From: an uncultured Bifidobacteriaceae bacterium
Lineage (GTDB): Bacteria; Verrucomicrobiota; Verrucomicrobiia; Limisphaerales; UBA11358
DNA length: 64,000 nt
Assembly (NCBI GenBank): GCA_964618545.1
Contig: CAZUBG010000004.1
Location: 73-64,072, forward strand
Direction: 5' to 3'
Each line of letters opens with the position of its first letter. Within the stretch, counting starts at the first letter, position 1. The notes beneath the pieces are model-generated. The model saw only the letters and a list, made by a program, of their open reading frames with translations, had not been told where the DNA came from and ran no database searches. Below are positions 15,024 through 27,141 of the stretch, one piece after another. The translations under genes were made by a program, and so were the position numbers.

Positions 15024-15330
15024 GGCTGTCAAACCGGGTCAAACTCAATCCAACCTTTCAACACAGCCGGGCAATTGGTCCCCCGCAAGCCACTCCATCT
15101 GGCTAAGGCATTGAACCAACGGACTTTACCCACAAACATGCCTTCACCATAATCTAAGTCGTCATTTCAGAAACGCAAGGGGTCACCCGTCGTCAGACCC
15201 GTTGACCATCGGGGGCAGGGCCAGGTGGCGCCCGTCAAAAACCGCCGCCAAAAGAATTTGAAATTAACGCCCGGCTGGGACATGATGCAGGTTCGCTTTG
15301 GAATTCCAGTTTGGGAATTCCCCGCTTTAC

Positions 15331-17130
15331 ATGAAACGCACACATCATTGCAACGAACTGCGCCCGGTCCACCTCGGGCAAACCGTCACCCTGTCCGGCT
15401 GGGTTCACTCCCGGCGCGACCTCGGCGGCCTCATTTTTATTGATATCCGCGACCGCGAGGGCCGCACTCAGACCGTGTTTGACCCCTCCGGCCTCCCGCC
15501 GGCACTGTTTGCACAGGCCGCCGCCCTGCGCAGCGAATGTGTCGTCAGCATCACCGGCGCCGTGCGGCAGCGCCCGGAAGGCACCACCAATCTCAAAATC
15601 CCCACCGGCGCGGTCGAGGTCGCCGTCACCGGCCTTGAGGTCTTGAACATGGCCGCCGTGCTGCCCTTCCCCGTGGACGACCCGGAAATCGCCAGCAAGG
15701 TGAACGAGGAACTGCGCCTGCAATTCCGCTATCTGGACCTCCGCCGTCCCGAGATGGCCCGCAATTTGAAACTGCGCAGCAAGGTGGCCATCGCCACCCG
15801 CAGCTACATGGACGAGCAGGGCTTTCTCGAAGTCGAGACGCCCACCCTGTTCAAATCCACCCCCGAGGGCGCGCGCGAGTTTCTCGTTCCCAACCGCCGC
15901 GAGCCCGGCACCTTCTACGCCCTGCCCCAGTCGCCGCAGCAGTTCAAACAAATCCTGATGGTGGCCGGCGTGGAAAAATATTTCCAACTCGCCCGCTGCT
16001 TCCGCGATGAGGATTTGCGCGCCGACCGCCAGCCCGAATTCACCCAGGTGGACATTGAAATGTCCTTCATTGACCGGGAGGACATTTACGCCCTGATCGA
16101 AGGGCTGCTCAAGCGCATCTGGAAAACCGCGCTGAACCAGGACCTTCCCACGCCGTTCAAACGCCTCACCTTCGAGGAGGCCCTGAACCGCTTCGGCATT
16201 GACAAACCCGACACCCGCTTTGCCATGGAACTTGCCGACTTCACCGAGGAATTCCGCGCCAGCACCTTCAAGGTGTTCAGCGCGGCCATCGCCGCCGGCG
16301 GCGTCGTCAAGGCGCTGAATGCCAAGGGCCTCGCCGGGGCCACCCAGGGACAGCTTGAGACCATGACCGAATACGCCAAGAGCTTTGGCGCCAGGGGGCT
16401 GGCCTACATCAAGGTGGAAAAAGGCGAATGGAAATCGCCCATCGTGAAGTTTTTCAACCCCGCCGAAAAACAGGCGCTGATCACCAAATTGAACATCGAG
16501 GAGGGCGATTTGATTCTGTTCGCCGCCGATCAATGGCTGACCGCCTGCGAGATCCTCGGCAAAATCCGCCTGTATTGCGCCGATGTCCTGAAGGGACAGG
16601 GCAGGCTTGTCATCCCCGCCGACCAGTTCAATTTCCTGTGGGTCATTGAATTTCCCCTGCTCGGCTTCGACCGGGAACAGAACCGCTGGTATTCCAGCCA
16701 TCACCCGTTCACCGCGCCCGTGGCGGAGGACATCCCGCTGCTCAAGACCAACCCGAAGAAAGTCCGCGGCCAGCACTACGACGTGGTCGTCAACGGCGTG
16801 GAACTGGGCGGCGGCTCGATCCGGATTCACCAGCCGGAGGTCCAGAAGACCGTCTTCGAGGAAGTCCTGCAAATTCCGCCGGAGGAAACCAAACTGCGCT
16901 TTGGCTACCTGCTGGAAGCCTTCCGTTACGGAGCCCCCCCGCACGGCGGCATCGCCCTGGGCTTCGATCGTTTGATCGCCATTCTCTGCGCCACGCCCAG
17001 CATCCGCGATGTGATCGCCTTCCCGAAAACCGCCAAGGGCACGGATCTGATGACGGACTCCCCCGCCACCGTTTCCCCCAAGCAACTGCGCGAACTGCAC
17101 ATCGAGCTGAGGGTGCCCAAGAAGGAATGA
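15331..17130 (+). CDS. aspS: Aspartate--tRNA ligase
   Basis: Class II aaRS motifs are FRDEDLRADRQPEFTQVD, GGGSIRIH and GIALGFDRLIAIL. The start is moved to the ATG at 15331 (MKRTHHCNELR); the track ORF begins at 15298. Confidence 0.95.
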   Translation: MKRTHHCNELRPVHLGQTVTLSGWVHSRRDLGGLIFIDIRDREGRTQTVFDPSGLPPALFAQAAALRSECVVSITGAVRQRPEGTTNLKIPTGAVEVAVTGLEVLNMAAVLPFPVDDPEIASKVNEELRLQFRYLDLRRPEMARNLKLRSKVAIATRSYMDEQGFLEVETPTLFKSTPEGAREFLVPNRREPGTFYALPQSPQQFKQILMVAGVEKYFQLARCFRDEDLRADRQPEFTQVDIEMSFIDREDIYALIEGLLKRIWKTALNQDLPTPFKRLTFEEALNRFGIDKPDTRFAMELADFTEEFRASTFKVFSAAIAAGGVVKALNAKGLAGATQGQLETMTEYAKSFGARGLAYIKVEKGEWKSPIVKFFNPAEKQALITKLNIEEGDLILFAADQWLTACEILGKIRLYCADVLKGQGRLVIPADQFNFLWVIEFPLLGFDREQNRWYSSHHPFTAPVAEDIPLLKTNPKKVRGQHYDVVVNGVELGGGSIRIHQPEVQKTVFEEVLQIPPEETKLRFGYLLEAFRYGAPPHGGIALGFDRLIAILCATPSIRDVIAFPKTAKGTDLMTDSPATVSPKQLRELHIELRVPKKE

Positions 17131-17990
17131 TCCGCCTCTCAGCCGCGTTTATGACCCCACCCCAATCCCATTGGCCGCGCCGGCTGCTGATGAGTTTGGT
17201 GCGCATCGCCGTCGCCGCTTATCTGGGAATCATTCTGTTCATGGCGGTTTATCAACGGCAGTTGCTCTTCCTGCCGGAGAAAATGCCCATGGACAAAGCC
17301 ATCGGCATGGCGGCGGATCAGGGGCTGAGTCCGTGGACGGACGCCGCCGGCGGATTCCTCGGTTGGCGGCGCCCCGCCGGCGGGCGAACCGCCGGCAGTG
17401 TGCTGATTGTTCACGGCAACGGCGGCAGTGCGCTGGGGATGGCGCCCCTGGCGCAGACGATCAGCGAGGCCGCAAATCTGGACGCCTGCCTGCTGGAATA
17501 TCCCGGCTACGGCCCGCGCGGGGGCGCCCCCACTGAAACCAGCCTGCTGGCGGCGGCGGACCAGGCCTTTGAAACCCTGCCCGCCAACCGGCCCGTTTAC
17601 GTCGTCAGCGAATCCCTCGGCACCGGCGTGGCCGCGCATCTGGCTCAGAAATACCCGGCGCGCGTGGCGGGCATGGTGATGTTCGTCCCCTACGACCGCC
17701 TGGCTTCCGTGGCGCAAAACCATTATCCCTTCCTGCCCGCATATTTTTTGTTGCGCGACCGCTTTGCCCCGCTGGATTGGATGAAGGACTATCGCGGCCC
17801 CGTCAAGATCGTCATCGCCGGGGCGGATGAAGTCATTCCGCCCGGGCGCGGGCAAAAACTGTACGACGCTTACCCGGGCCCCAAATCGCTGCAAATCATC
17901 CCCGGAGCCCGGCATAATGATGCCATCAGCCAATCGCCCGAGTGGTGGCGGGAGGTGGCGGCCTTCTGGCACTCAGTTCATGAACAATAA
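17127..17990 (+). CDS. Alpha/beta-fold hydrolase
   Basis: HG oxyanion motif (IVHGNGGSA) and nucleophile elbow GxSxG-like SESLG. An N-terminal hydrophobic segment is present. The start overlaps the aspS stop (ATGA). Confidence 0.75.
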   Translation: MIRLSAAFMTPPQSHWPRRLLMSLVRIAVAAYLGIILFMAVYQRQLLFLPEKMPMDKAIGMAADQGLSPWTDAAGGFLGWRRPAGGRTAGSVLIVHGNGGSALGMAPLAQTISEAANLDACLLEYPGYGPRGGAPTETSLLAAADQAFETLPANRPVYVVSESLGTGVAAHLAQKYPARVAGMVMFVPYDRLASVAQNHYPFLPAYFLLRDRFAPLDWMKDYRGPVKIVIAGADEVIPPGRGQKLYDAYPGPKSLQIIPGARHNDAISQSPEWWREVAAFWHSVHEQ

Positions 17991-18151
17991 GGCGTCACGA
18001 AAAAAATAACTTGGGCAATTATGGCGCAGGAATTTTGGCTGCTGGCCAGGCGCTCGCGCGGCGCATGTCCGCAGGATCTGTAACGGGCGGGCAACGCCGC
18101 CGGCGGCCAAAAGAACCAGCCAGAATGCTCGGGTTGTTTTTTCGTGATGCC
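17991..18151 (+). ncRNA. Candidate structured RNA or long 3'-UTR hairpin (6S-like long irregular hairpin architecture; identity unknown)
   Basis: 17991-18017 pairs with 18126-18151, giving 25 bp around one small internal loop. Four of these pairs are G-U only if the plus strand is transcribed; on the minus strand they would be C-A mismatches. The interior is GC-rich with further nested pairings (GCGGCG/CGCCGC, GGCTG/CAGCC). It lies in a 390-bp gap between convergent genes. Confidence 0.3.
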
Positions 18152-18381
18152 TGACGATTCGGAAGGCCGGGGGCACCGCGGATTTCTTGACCACCGGTTG
18201 CCCGGATAAACACGGCTGGGGACCGGGAATGAATTGAACGGCCACAAAATTCTTGGACCGAATGAACCGAATCTTTTATAAAGTTGAAAATCCATTCTGG
18301 ACCTTCGGTCACTCTGTCAAAAAAAGGAATCTCCTGCTCTCGGAAGCAACGCTTGCCTTGTTGAAAACCTGACCCGCGCCC

Positions 18382-21300
18382 TCAAAGCACTTCCGCACGC
18401 TCCTCAGGGGCGCGCCGGCCGAGATTTCCGTAACGGTGATAATCCGTGCTGATGCTCTGTTCCCGCAGATACCAGAGCATTTCCAACCGTCCCTCGCTGG
18501 AGACGGGCGTGCTGACCAGGCAGCCGCCGGCTTCGCCGCCCGTGCGCAGCACCTCCGGCGGCACACGGTCCGGCGCGGCATAACGGACACGCCCCGCCTG
18601 GCCGGCGCGGATCCTGGCCGCCAGTTGCCCGTCCGTTTCCCGGATGAATTCAATGGCCCCCGCCCACGACCGGGTCAGTTCCTCCAGCAACGTTGCCGGC
18701 CCCGGCGGGAGGCCGGGCGGAAGGCTCACCGTCACCCGGCCGCCCGCGAGGTGGGCGGCACACGCGCGGACAAACACCTCAAACAGGCTGTCGTCGCCGT
18801 GAACCCGCACGCACACACGCTCAAACGGCCGGTAGCGGCGCACATTATCCTGGCCGACCAGCTTGCAAGAGTCGTGCTCGCGTCCGAACTCCTCGCGTTG
18901 GGCGGCTTCACAGCTCACCATCGCGCAGATGATCCGCTCCGCCCCGGCATTGTGTTGGGCGAGCAGCCGCGCGCCTAAAACCGCCCACGCGGGGCGGGCG
19001 GGCGGGCGCGGTCTCGTTGGCGGCGGCGCATCGGTGAACTCCATGAATTGGGCGGCATAATTGGGTCCGCCGGCCTTCATCCCCGCGCCGAAAACCGATT
19101 TCCCCCAGCCGCCGAACGGCTGGCGCAAAACCACCGCCCCCGTGGTGACGCGGTTGATGTATAGGTTGCCGGCACAGATGTTTTCCTTCCAGTAGTCCCA
19201 TTCCCGTTCGTCCAGGCTTTCGAGTCCGCTGGTGAGGCCAAAACCGGTTTGGTTCACCAGCGCCACCGCTTCGCTTAATTTCTGAAAACGCATCACGGCC
19301 AGCACCGGGCCGAACAACTCGGTCCGGTGGGTAAATCCGCCCGCGCACACGCCGTATTTGATTCCCGGCGTCCACAGATTGGGGTTCCCCGCCATCGGCT
19401 TCGGCCGGAGCGCCCATTCCTCGCCCGGCTCCAGCGTCGTCAACGCCCGCTCCAAATCACCGGCCGGGGGACGGATCAGGGGTCCTGTTTTTGTGTCCAG
19501 TTCCCACGCGGAACCGGCTTTCAGGCTGGCCGCCGCCTCGGCTAATGTGCGCCGAAACTCCGCATCGTCATAAACTTCCGCCTGCAGCAGCAGCAACGAC
19601 GTGGCGGAGCATTTCTGTCCGGCGTGGCTGAACGCCGAATGCAATGCGTGCCTGATCGCCTGGTCCCGGTCGGAAACCGCGCTGACAATCGTGGCATTTT
19701 TGCCGCCGGTTTCCGCAAACAAATTCAGGCCCGGATGTTCGCGCAGCATCGTCCAGGCGGTCTCCGTGCCCCCGGTGAGAATGACGGCGCCGACCTTGGG
19801 ATGACTGAACTTGCCCCCCGCCCCGCCCCCGGGGCAGGGAACGAATTGCAACACCCTCGGCGGGACGCCCGCGCGCCAAAAACACCGGCAAAGCTCCCAC
19901 GCCACGAGCACCGCATCGGAGGCCGGCTTGAGAATCACGGTGTTCCCCGCCGCCAGGGCCGCCGCCACGCCGCCGCAGGGAATCGCGATCGGAAAATTCC
20001 ATGGGGAGACCACCACCACCACGCCCCGGCCGGTCGCCTTGAGCGAGGGCAGTTCCTGCCACCACCGCGCGGAGGCGCGGTAAAATTCCACAAAATCAAT
20101 CGCTTCGGAAACTTCCGGGTCGGATTCCAACAGCGTTTTGCCGCCGTTGGCCAGCGCCGCGCCCATCAAATCACCGCGCGCCGCGCGCAATTCCCGGGCG
20201 ACCCGGCCCAGAATTTCCCAGCGCGCGGCGGTGGGCAATTGACGCCAGCCATCGGCATCCGCGGCGGCGGTTTCAACCGCGTGAACCACGTCGCGTTCAT
20301 TGGCCTGGCGATAGGTTCCCACCACCACGCCGGGTCGCGACGGGTCAAGGCAGTCACAGCATCGGCGGTGCCCAAAGATTTCCTCCCCGCCCAGCACGAG
20401 CGGGATCTGCGCCGCCTGCTCGCCGCAGCGCGGCCGCCACCGCACCAGGATCTGTTGCGCCCATTCCCCATTTTGCGGCAGGGTGAAATCGGTGTCCGGC
20501 TCGTTCTCCAAGTGCTGCCAGCCGCGCGCCACGGCCTGCACTTGGGACGGCGGCCGCATCCGGTTTTGCGTCCGGCGGGGCGTGGTGGGCGTCGTTTCCA
20601 CCGCGGCCAGCGAATCGAGAAAACCCTGTTCCAGCCGGTTCCATTCCGGCGTGCCCGCCTTGAGGTTGAAGGCGTGACGCAGAAAATTGTCCGGCCCGGT
20701 GTTTTCATCCAGGCGGCGGAGGAGATAACCGATGGCGTTGATGAAATGTTTTTCCTGGCAGGCGGGCGCGTAGAGCAGCAGGCGGTGCGACATTTCAAAC
20801 AACGCGCGGCGCTGGGGGCCGGCCATGCCTTCGAGCATTTCAAACTGCACGCGGTCGGGCGCGCCGCTTTCCTGCGCCAGCACCAGACCGTAGGCGAGAT
20901 CGAACACGTTGTGCGAGGCGATGCCCGCGTCCATCGCCGCAAGATTTTCCGATTTCAACGATTCGCGGACCATCCGCTTGTAATTCGCATCCGTCTCGAG
21001 CTTGGTGTGATAGGGCGCCTGCGGCCAGCCGTGCAGCGACGCCTCGACGCGCTCGCTTTCCAGGTTGGCGCCCTTGACCAGCCGAATGGTGATGCGGCCA
21101 CCGTGGCCGGCGGCGCGCCGGCGCGCCCAGTCCTGGAGTTGCAACAGCGTGCCGAACGAGTCGGGCAGATAGGCCTGCAAGGCAATGCCGGCGCAGAGGT
21201 GCTTCAGGCCGGGGCGGTCCAGCGTCCGCATAAACGCCTCGGCGGTCAGATCCTTGTCCCGGTATTCCTCCATGTCGAGACAGACAAATTTGGGAACGAC

Positions 21301-22017
21301 CCGGCCATCGGGCCGCGTGAAGCGCGCCTGGCCGGCCGCCGCCAGCAGGGTTTCCAACCGGTCGCACAGCACGGCTGCGGTGGCCTCGCGCGCCAGCGCG
21401 GAAATCTGCGAGTACAGCGTGGAAATCTTGATGGAAACCACTTCCGTCTCCGGCCATTGCAGCGCCTGCAAATACTGCTGCAACCGCCGGGCCGCTTCCG
21501 GCTCGCTCAAAATCGCCTCGCCCAGAAAATTGACATTCATGCGCACCCCCTCGCGGGCGCGCCCGGCCAGGCGCCGCGCGAGCCGTTGCTTTTCGCCCGG
21601 GAGGATCACGTTCGCCGTTTCCCGCCGCAGGTGCTCCTTGACCAGCGGCAGCGCCACGCCCGGCCAGTAACGGCCGAAGGATTGAAAAACTTTCATCAGC
21701 GTGCGGTCCACCGGCCCCAAAAAACGCGGCGCCCCCTGCTCCTCAAGAAGATGAAGGAGCTGTTCGACCGCGCGCGGCGCGTCCCCCGACCGAAACGCCT
21801 GGTCGGTCATCTGCATCAGCGTGGCTTTGTCCGACGGCGTCTGCACCATCCGGTCGAGGGCCGCCTGCCGGCGTTTCTCCGACGCCGTCTGAAGCCGGAC
21901 CGCGCGTTCTTGCAGGCGACGCGCGAGAAACAACGCCTTCTGCACCGCCAGCGGGCGCGGCGATGGCCAATCCGGCTGAAAGCCGGTTAGAATTTGTTCA
22001 AGCAGCTCAAAATTCAT
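18382..22017 (-). CDS. putA: Bifunctional proline dehydrogenase / 1-pyrroline-5-carboxylate dehydrogenase
   Basis: An N-terminal PRODH-like region is followed by ALDH motifs FAETGGKNATIV and HAGQKCSATS. The start is set to the ATG at 22015-22017 with GGGGGAG upstream; the track start at 22035 is a TTG. I saw no obvious N-terminal RHH DNA-binding domain. Confidence 0.9.
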   Translation of the reverse strand: MNFELLEQILTGFQPDWPSPRPLAVQKALFLARRLQERAVRLQTASEKRRQAALDRMVQTPSDKATLMQMTDQAFRSGDAPRAVEQLLHLLEEQGAPRFLGPVDRTLMKVFQSFGRYWPGVALPLVKEHLRRETANVILPGEKQRLARRLAGRAREGVRMNVNFLGEAILSEPEAARRLQQYLQALQWPETEVVSIKISTLYSQISALAREATAAVLCDRLETLLAAAGQARFTRPDGRVVPKFVCLDMEEYRDKDLTAEAFMRTLDRPGLKHLCAGIALQAYLPDSFGTLLQLQDWARRRAAGHGGRITIRLVKGANLESERVEASLHGWPQAPYHTKLETDANYKRMVRESLKSENLAAMDAGIASHNVFDLAYGLVLAQESGAPDRVQFEMLEGMAGPQRRALFEMSHRLLLYAPACQEKHFINAIGYLLRRLDENTGPDNFLRHAFNLKAGTPEWNRLEQGFLDSLAAVETTPTTPRRTQNRMRPPSQVQAVARGWQHLENEPDTDFTLPQNGEWAQQILVRWRPRCGEQAAQIPLVLGGEEIFGHRRCCDCLDPSRPGVVVGTYRQANERDVVHAVETAAADADGWRQLPTAARWEILGRVARELRAARGDLMGAALANGGKTLLESDPEVSEAIDFVEFYRASARWWQELPSLKATGRGVVVVVSPWNFPIAIPCGGVAAALAAGNTVILKPASDAVLVAWELCRCFWRAGVPPRVLQFVPCPGGGAGGKFSHPKVGAVILTGGTETAWTMLREHPGLNLFAETGGKNATIVSAVSDRDQAIRHALHSAFSHAGQKCSATSLLLLQAEVYDDAEFRRTLAEAAASLKAGSAWELDTKTGPLIRPPAGDLERALTTLEPGEEWALRPKPMAGNPNLWTPGIKYGVCAGGFTHRTELFGPVLAVMRFQKLSEAVALVNQTGFGLTSGLESLDEREWDYWKENICAGNLYINRVTTGAVVLRQPFGGWGKSVFGAGMKAGGPNYAAQFMEFTDAPPPTRPRPPARPAWAVLGARLLAQHNAGAERIICAMVSCEAAQREEFGREHDSCKLVGQDNVRRYRPFERVCVRVHGDDSLFEVFVRACAAHLAGGRVTVSLPPGLPPGPATLLEELTRSWAGAIEFIRETDGQLAARIRAGQAGRVRYAAPDRVPPEVLRTGGEAGGCLVSTPVSSEGRLEMLWYLREQSISTDYHRYGNLGRRAPEERAEVL

Positions 22018-22225
22018 AACCGTGAACTCCCCCAAGCCAACTATAGCACGCGGGAGGCCGGGGAATATTATGAACCTCCCCTGGGTTCCCCGGGGCCAGT
22101 GCCAGGCGCCCCGCGGCGGAGGACGTGCGTCCGCCGCCCGGCCGGACAGTGCCGCCGGGCGGCTTGGTCATGCTGAATCATTTTCATAATCCACCCCCAG
22201 TTTACCCCCGGTCGGAAAAAAAGCC

Positions 22226-22240
22226 CGTTACCTGGTAACG
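22226..22240. promoter_or_regulatory. Palindromic operator-like site CGTTACC-T-GGTAACG
   Basis: Perfect 7+1+7 palindrome about 210 bp upstream of the putA start. A near-identical site lies 123 bp away. Confidence 0.4.
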
Positions 22241-22348
22241 TAAAACGGCCATTCTGAAAATATTTTTCTCCTTGACAACATCACCCGCAAATCATTGGGG
22301 TTGTAACGATAATGCCAACCCACCAGAAGCGGTCATTCCGTCAGATCG

Positions 22349-22363
22349 CGTTACTAGGTAACG
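22349..22363. promoter_or_regulatory. Palindromic operator-like site CGTTACT-A-GGTAACG
   Basis: Second copy of the same half-site pair (6 of 7 arm positions symmetrical), in the same intergenic region. Confidence 0.4.
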
Positions 22364-22390
22364 AACTTTGCCGGTCTTTTTTATTTTTTT

Positions 22391-22467
22391 GGGCGGCGCG
22401 AAGGCGGAGTTGAACCGCCGCAGCCAGGCCTGTGAAGTCCTGACCGGCACCGGTGTTCGCGTCGCCC
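22391..22467. other. 77-nt tRNA-sized three-way-junction fold of unknown nature (not a tRNA)
   Basis: A 12-bp closing stem (GGGCGGCGCGAA / TTCGCGTCGCCC) has one G-T pair. It encloses a T-arm-like hairpin GGCGG-AGTTGAA-CCGCC (GGTTCAACTCC on the minus strand) and a second hairpin. The fold is preceded by a T-rich run. Confidence 0.25.
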
Positions 22468-22639
22468 AGGAGAATCCCAAGCGCACTGAATCCAGCGCCC
22501 GGCCATTACTTCGACCGTGCGTGGTCTCTGCCGGCGGACTCAATTCACTTGGGAAAATGGGAGGGGGCTGAGCCGCGCGCGACCGGCGCCGCCGCTTCGC
22601 CAACCACAACCGGAACCGGCCGGCCGGCGGGATGGGGGT

Positions 22640-23386
22640 TCAGATTTCCACGACCAGGGAGGGATCAAACCCGGGGCACCCCCTGGCCGGGTAGCCTCGC
22701 TGATTGGTCAGGACGCGCGTTGACCCGATCACATGGTCCACATTGTGGTGCGTGTGGCCGTGAATCCACAGCGGAACACCGCTGGATTCGATCAACTCGT
22801 CCAGGTTGGAAGCGAAGGCGGCATTCAGCGGGCTGGCCGCGTGGCCGGGGGCTTCCGAACGCCGGCTGGGGGCGTGATGCGTCACCACGACCGTGCGCGA
22901 CCGGTCACATCCGTCCAAAGCCCTCCGGAGCCAGGCGACTGACGCCGAATGCAGCCGCACCGTGTCTTCCGCGCGAAGCCAGCGGTCTTCCGGATCGAAA
23001 TGAATGACGTGGTAATCGCTCAAGCTTTCCTCGGCCGCCAGCATGGCCGCGACCGGCAGACCTGACAACTGAAAGTCAGTCCACAAAGTGCATCCCAAGA
23101 AAGTGAAGCCGTTGATTTCAACCGGGCTGTTTTCCAGCAAATGAACGTGGCTGCCCTCCGTTTCCCGCCTCAAAAGCCCGGTCAGACCCGGCAACGAATG
23201 CCGGTAAAACTCATGGTTGCCCAAAACATAAACGACCGGTTTGTCAGGAAACTGATTTCGCGCCCACCGGAGCCCCTCGCGCCCCAGATGAACATCCCCG
23301 GCCAGCACGACGAGGTCCGCGTCCGCCGGCGGGATTTCGACGGGTCCGAACTCCAGGTGCAGGTCGCTCAGAATGTGCAGGCGCAT
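22640..23386 (-). CDS. Calcineurin-like metallophosphoesterase
   Basis: Motifs SDLHLEF, GDVHLG, GNHEFY, VTHHAP and GHTHH appear in canonical order. Confidence 0.85.
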   Translation of the reverse strand: MRLHILSDLHLEFGPVEIPPADADLVVLAGDVHLGREGLRWARNQFPDKPVVYVLGNHEFYRHSLPGLTGLLRRETEGSHVHLLENSPVEINGFTFLGCTLWTDFQLSGLPVAAMLAAEESLSDYHVIHFDPEDRWLRAEDTVRLHSASVAWLRRALDGCDRSRTVVVTHHAPSRRSEAPGHAASPLNAAFASNLDELIESSGVPLWIHGHTHHNVDHVIGSTRVLTNQRGYPARGCPGFDPSLVVEI

Positions 23387-23504
23387 GGTGTTATTTAATT
23401 CAAATTATTAACGGCCATCGAGAATAAAGTGCGGGCGGAAGCTCGCGCCTCCGCCCGCTTCGTTTCCTTGAACCTTCCGCTGTTGCCCTCATTGAGATGG
23501 TGTT

Positions 23505-27115
<3,611 letters not shown>

Positions 27116-27141
27116 GCAATTTCATTTTCCCTTAACTGACC

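Noticed and set aside
17973-18653. Small ORFs 17973..18245(-), 17978..18295(-), 18019..18312(-) and 18309..18653(-) in and around the hydrolase/putA gap.
   Set aside because: They overlap one another or the putA 3' end and have shadow composition. The region is better explained by the long hairpin.
22391-22467. tRNA (possibly tRNA-Sec, because of a TTCA-containing loop and GGTTCAACTCC T-loop on the minus strand).
   Set aside because: No D-arm is present, and five extra nucleotides separate the T-arm from a 7-bp acceptor. No 5-bp stem/7-nt anticodon loop can be drawn, and no CCA or discriminator geometry fits. It is kept only as an unexplained fold.
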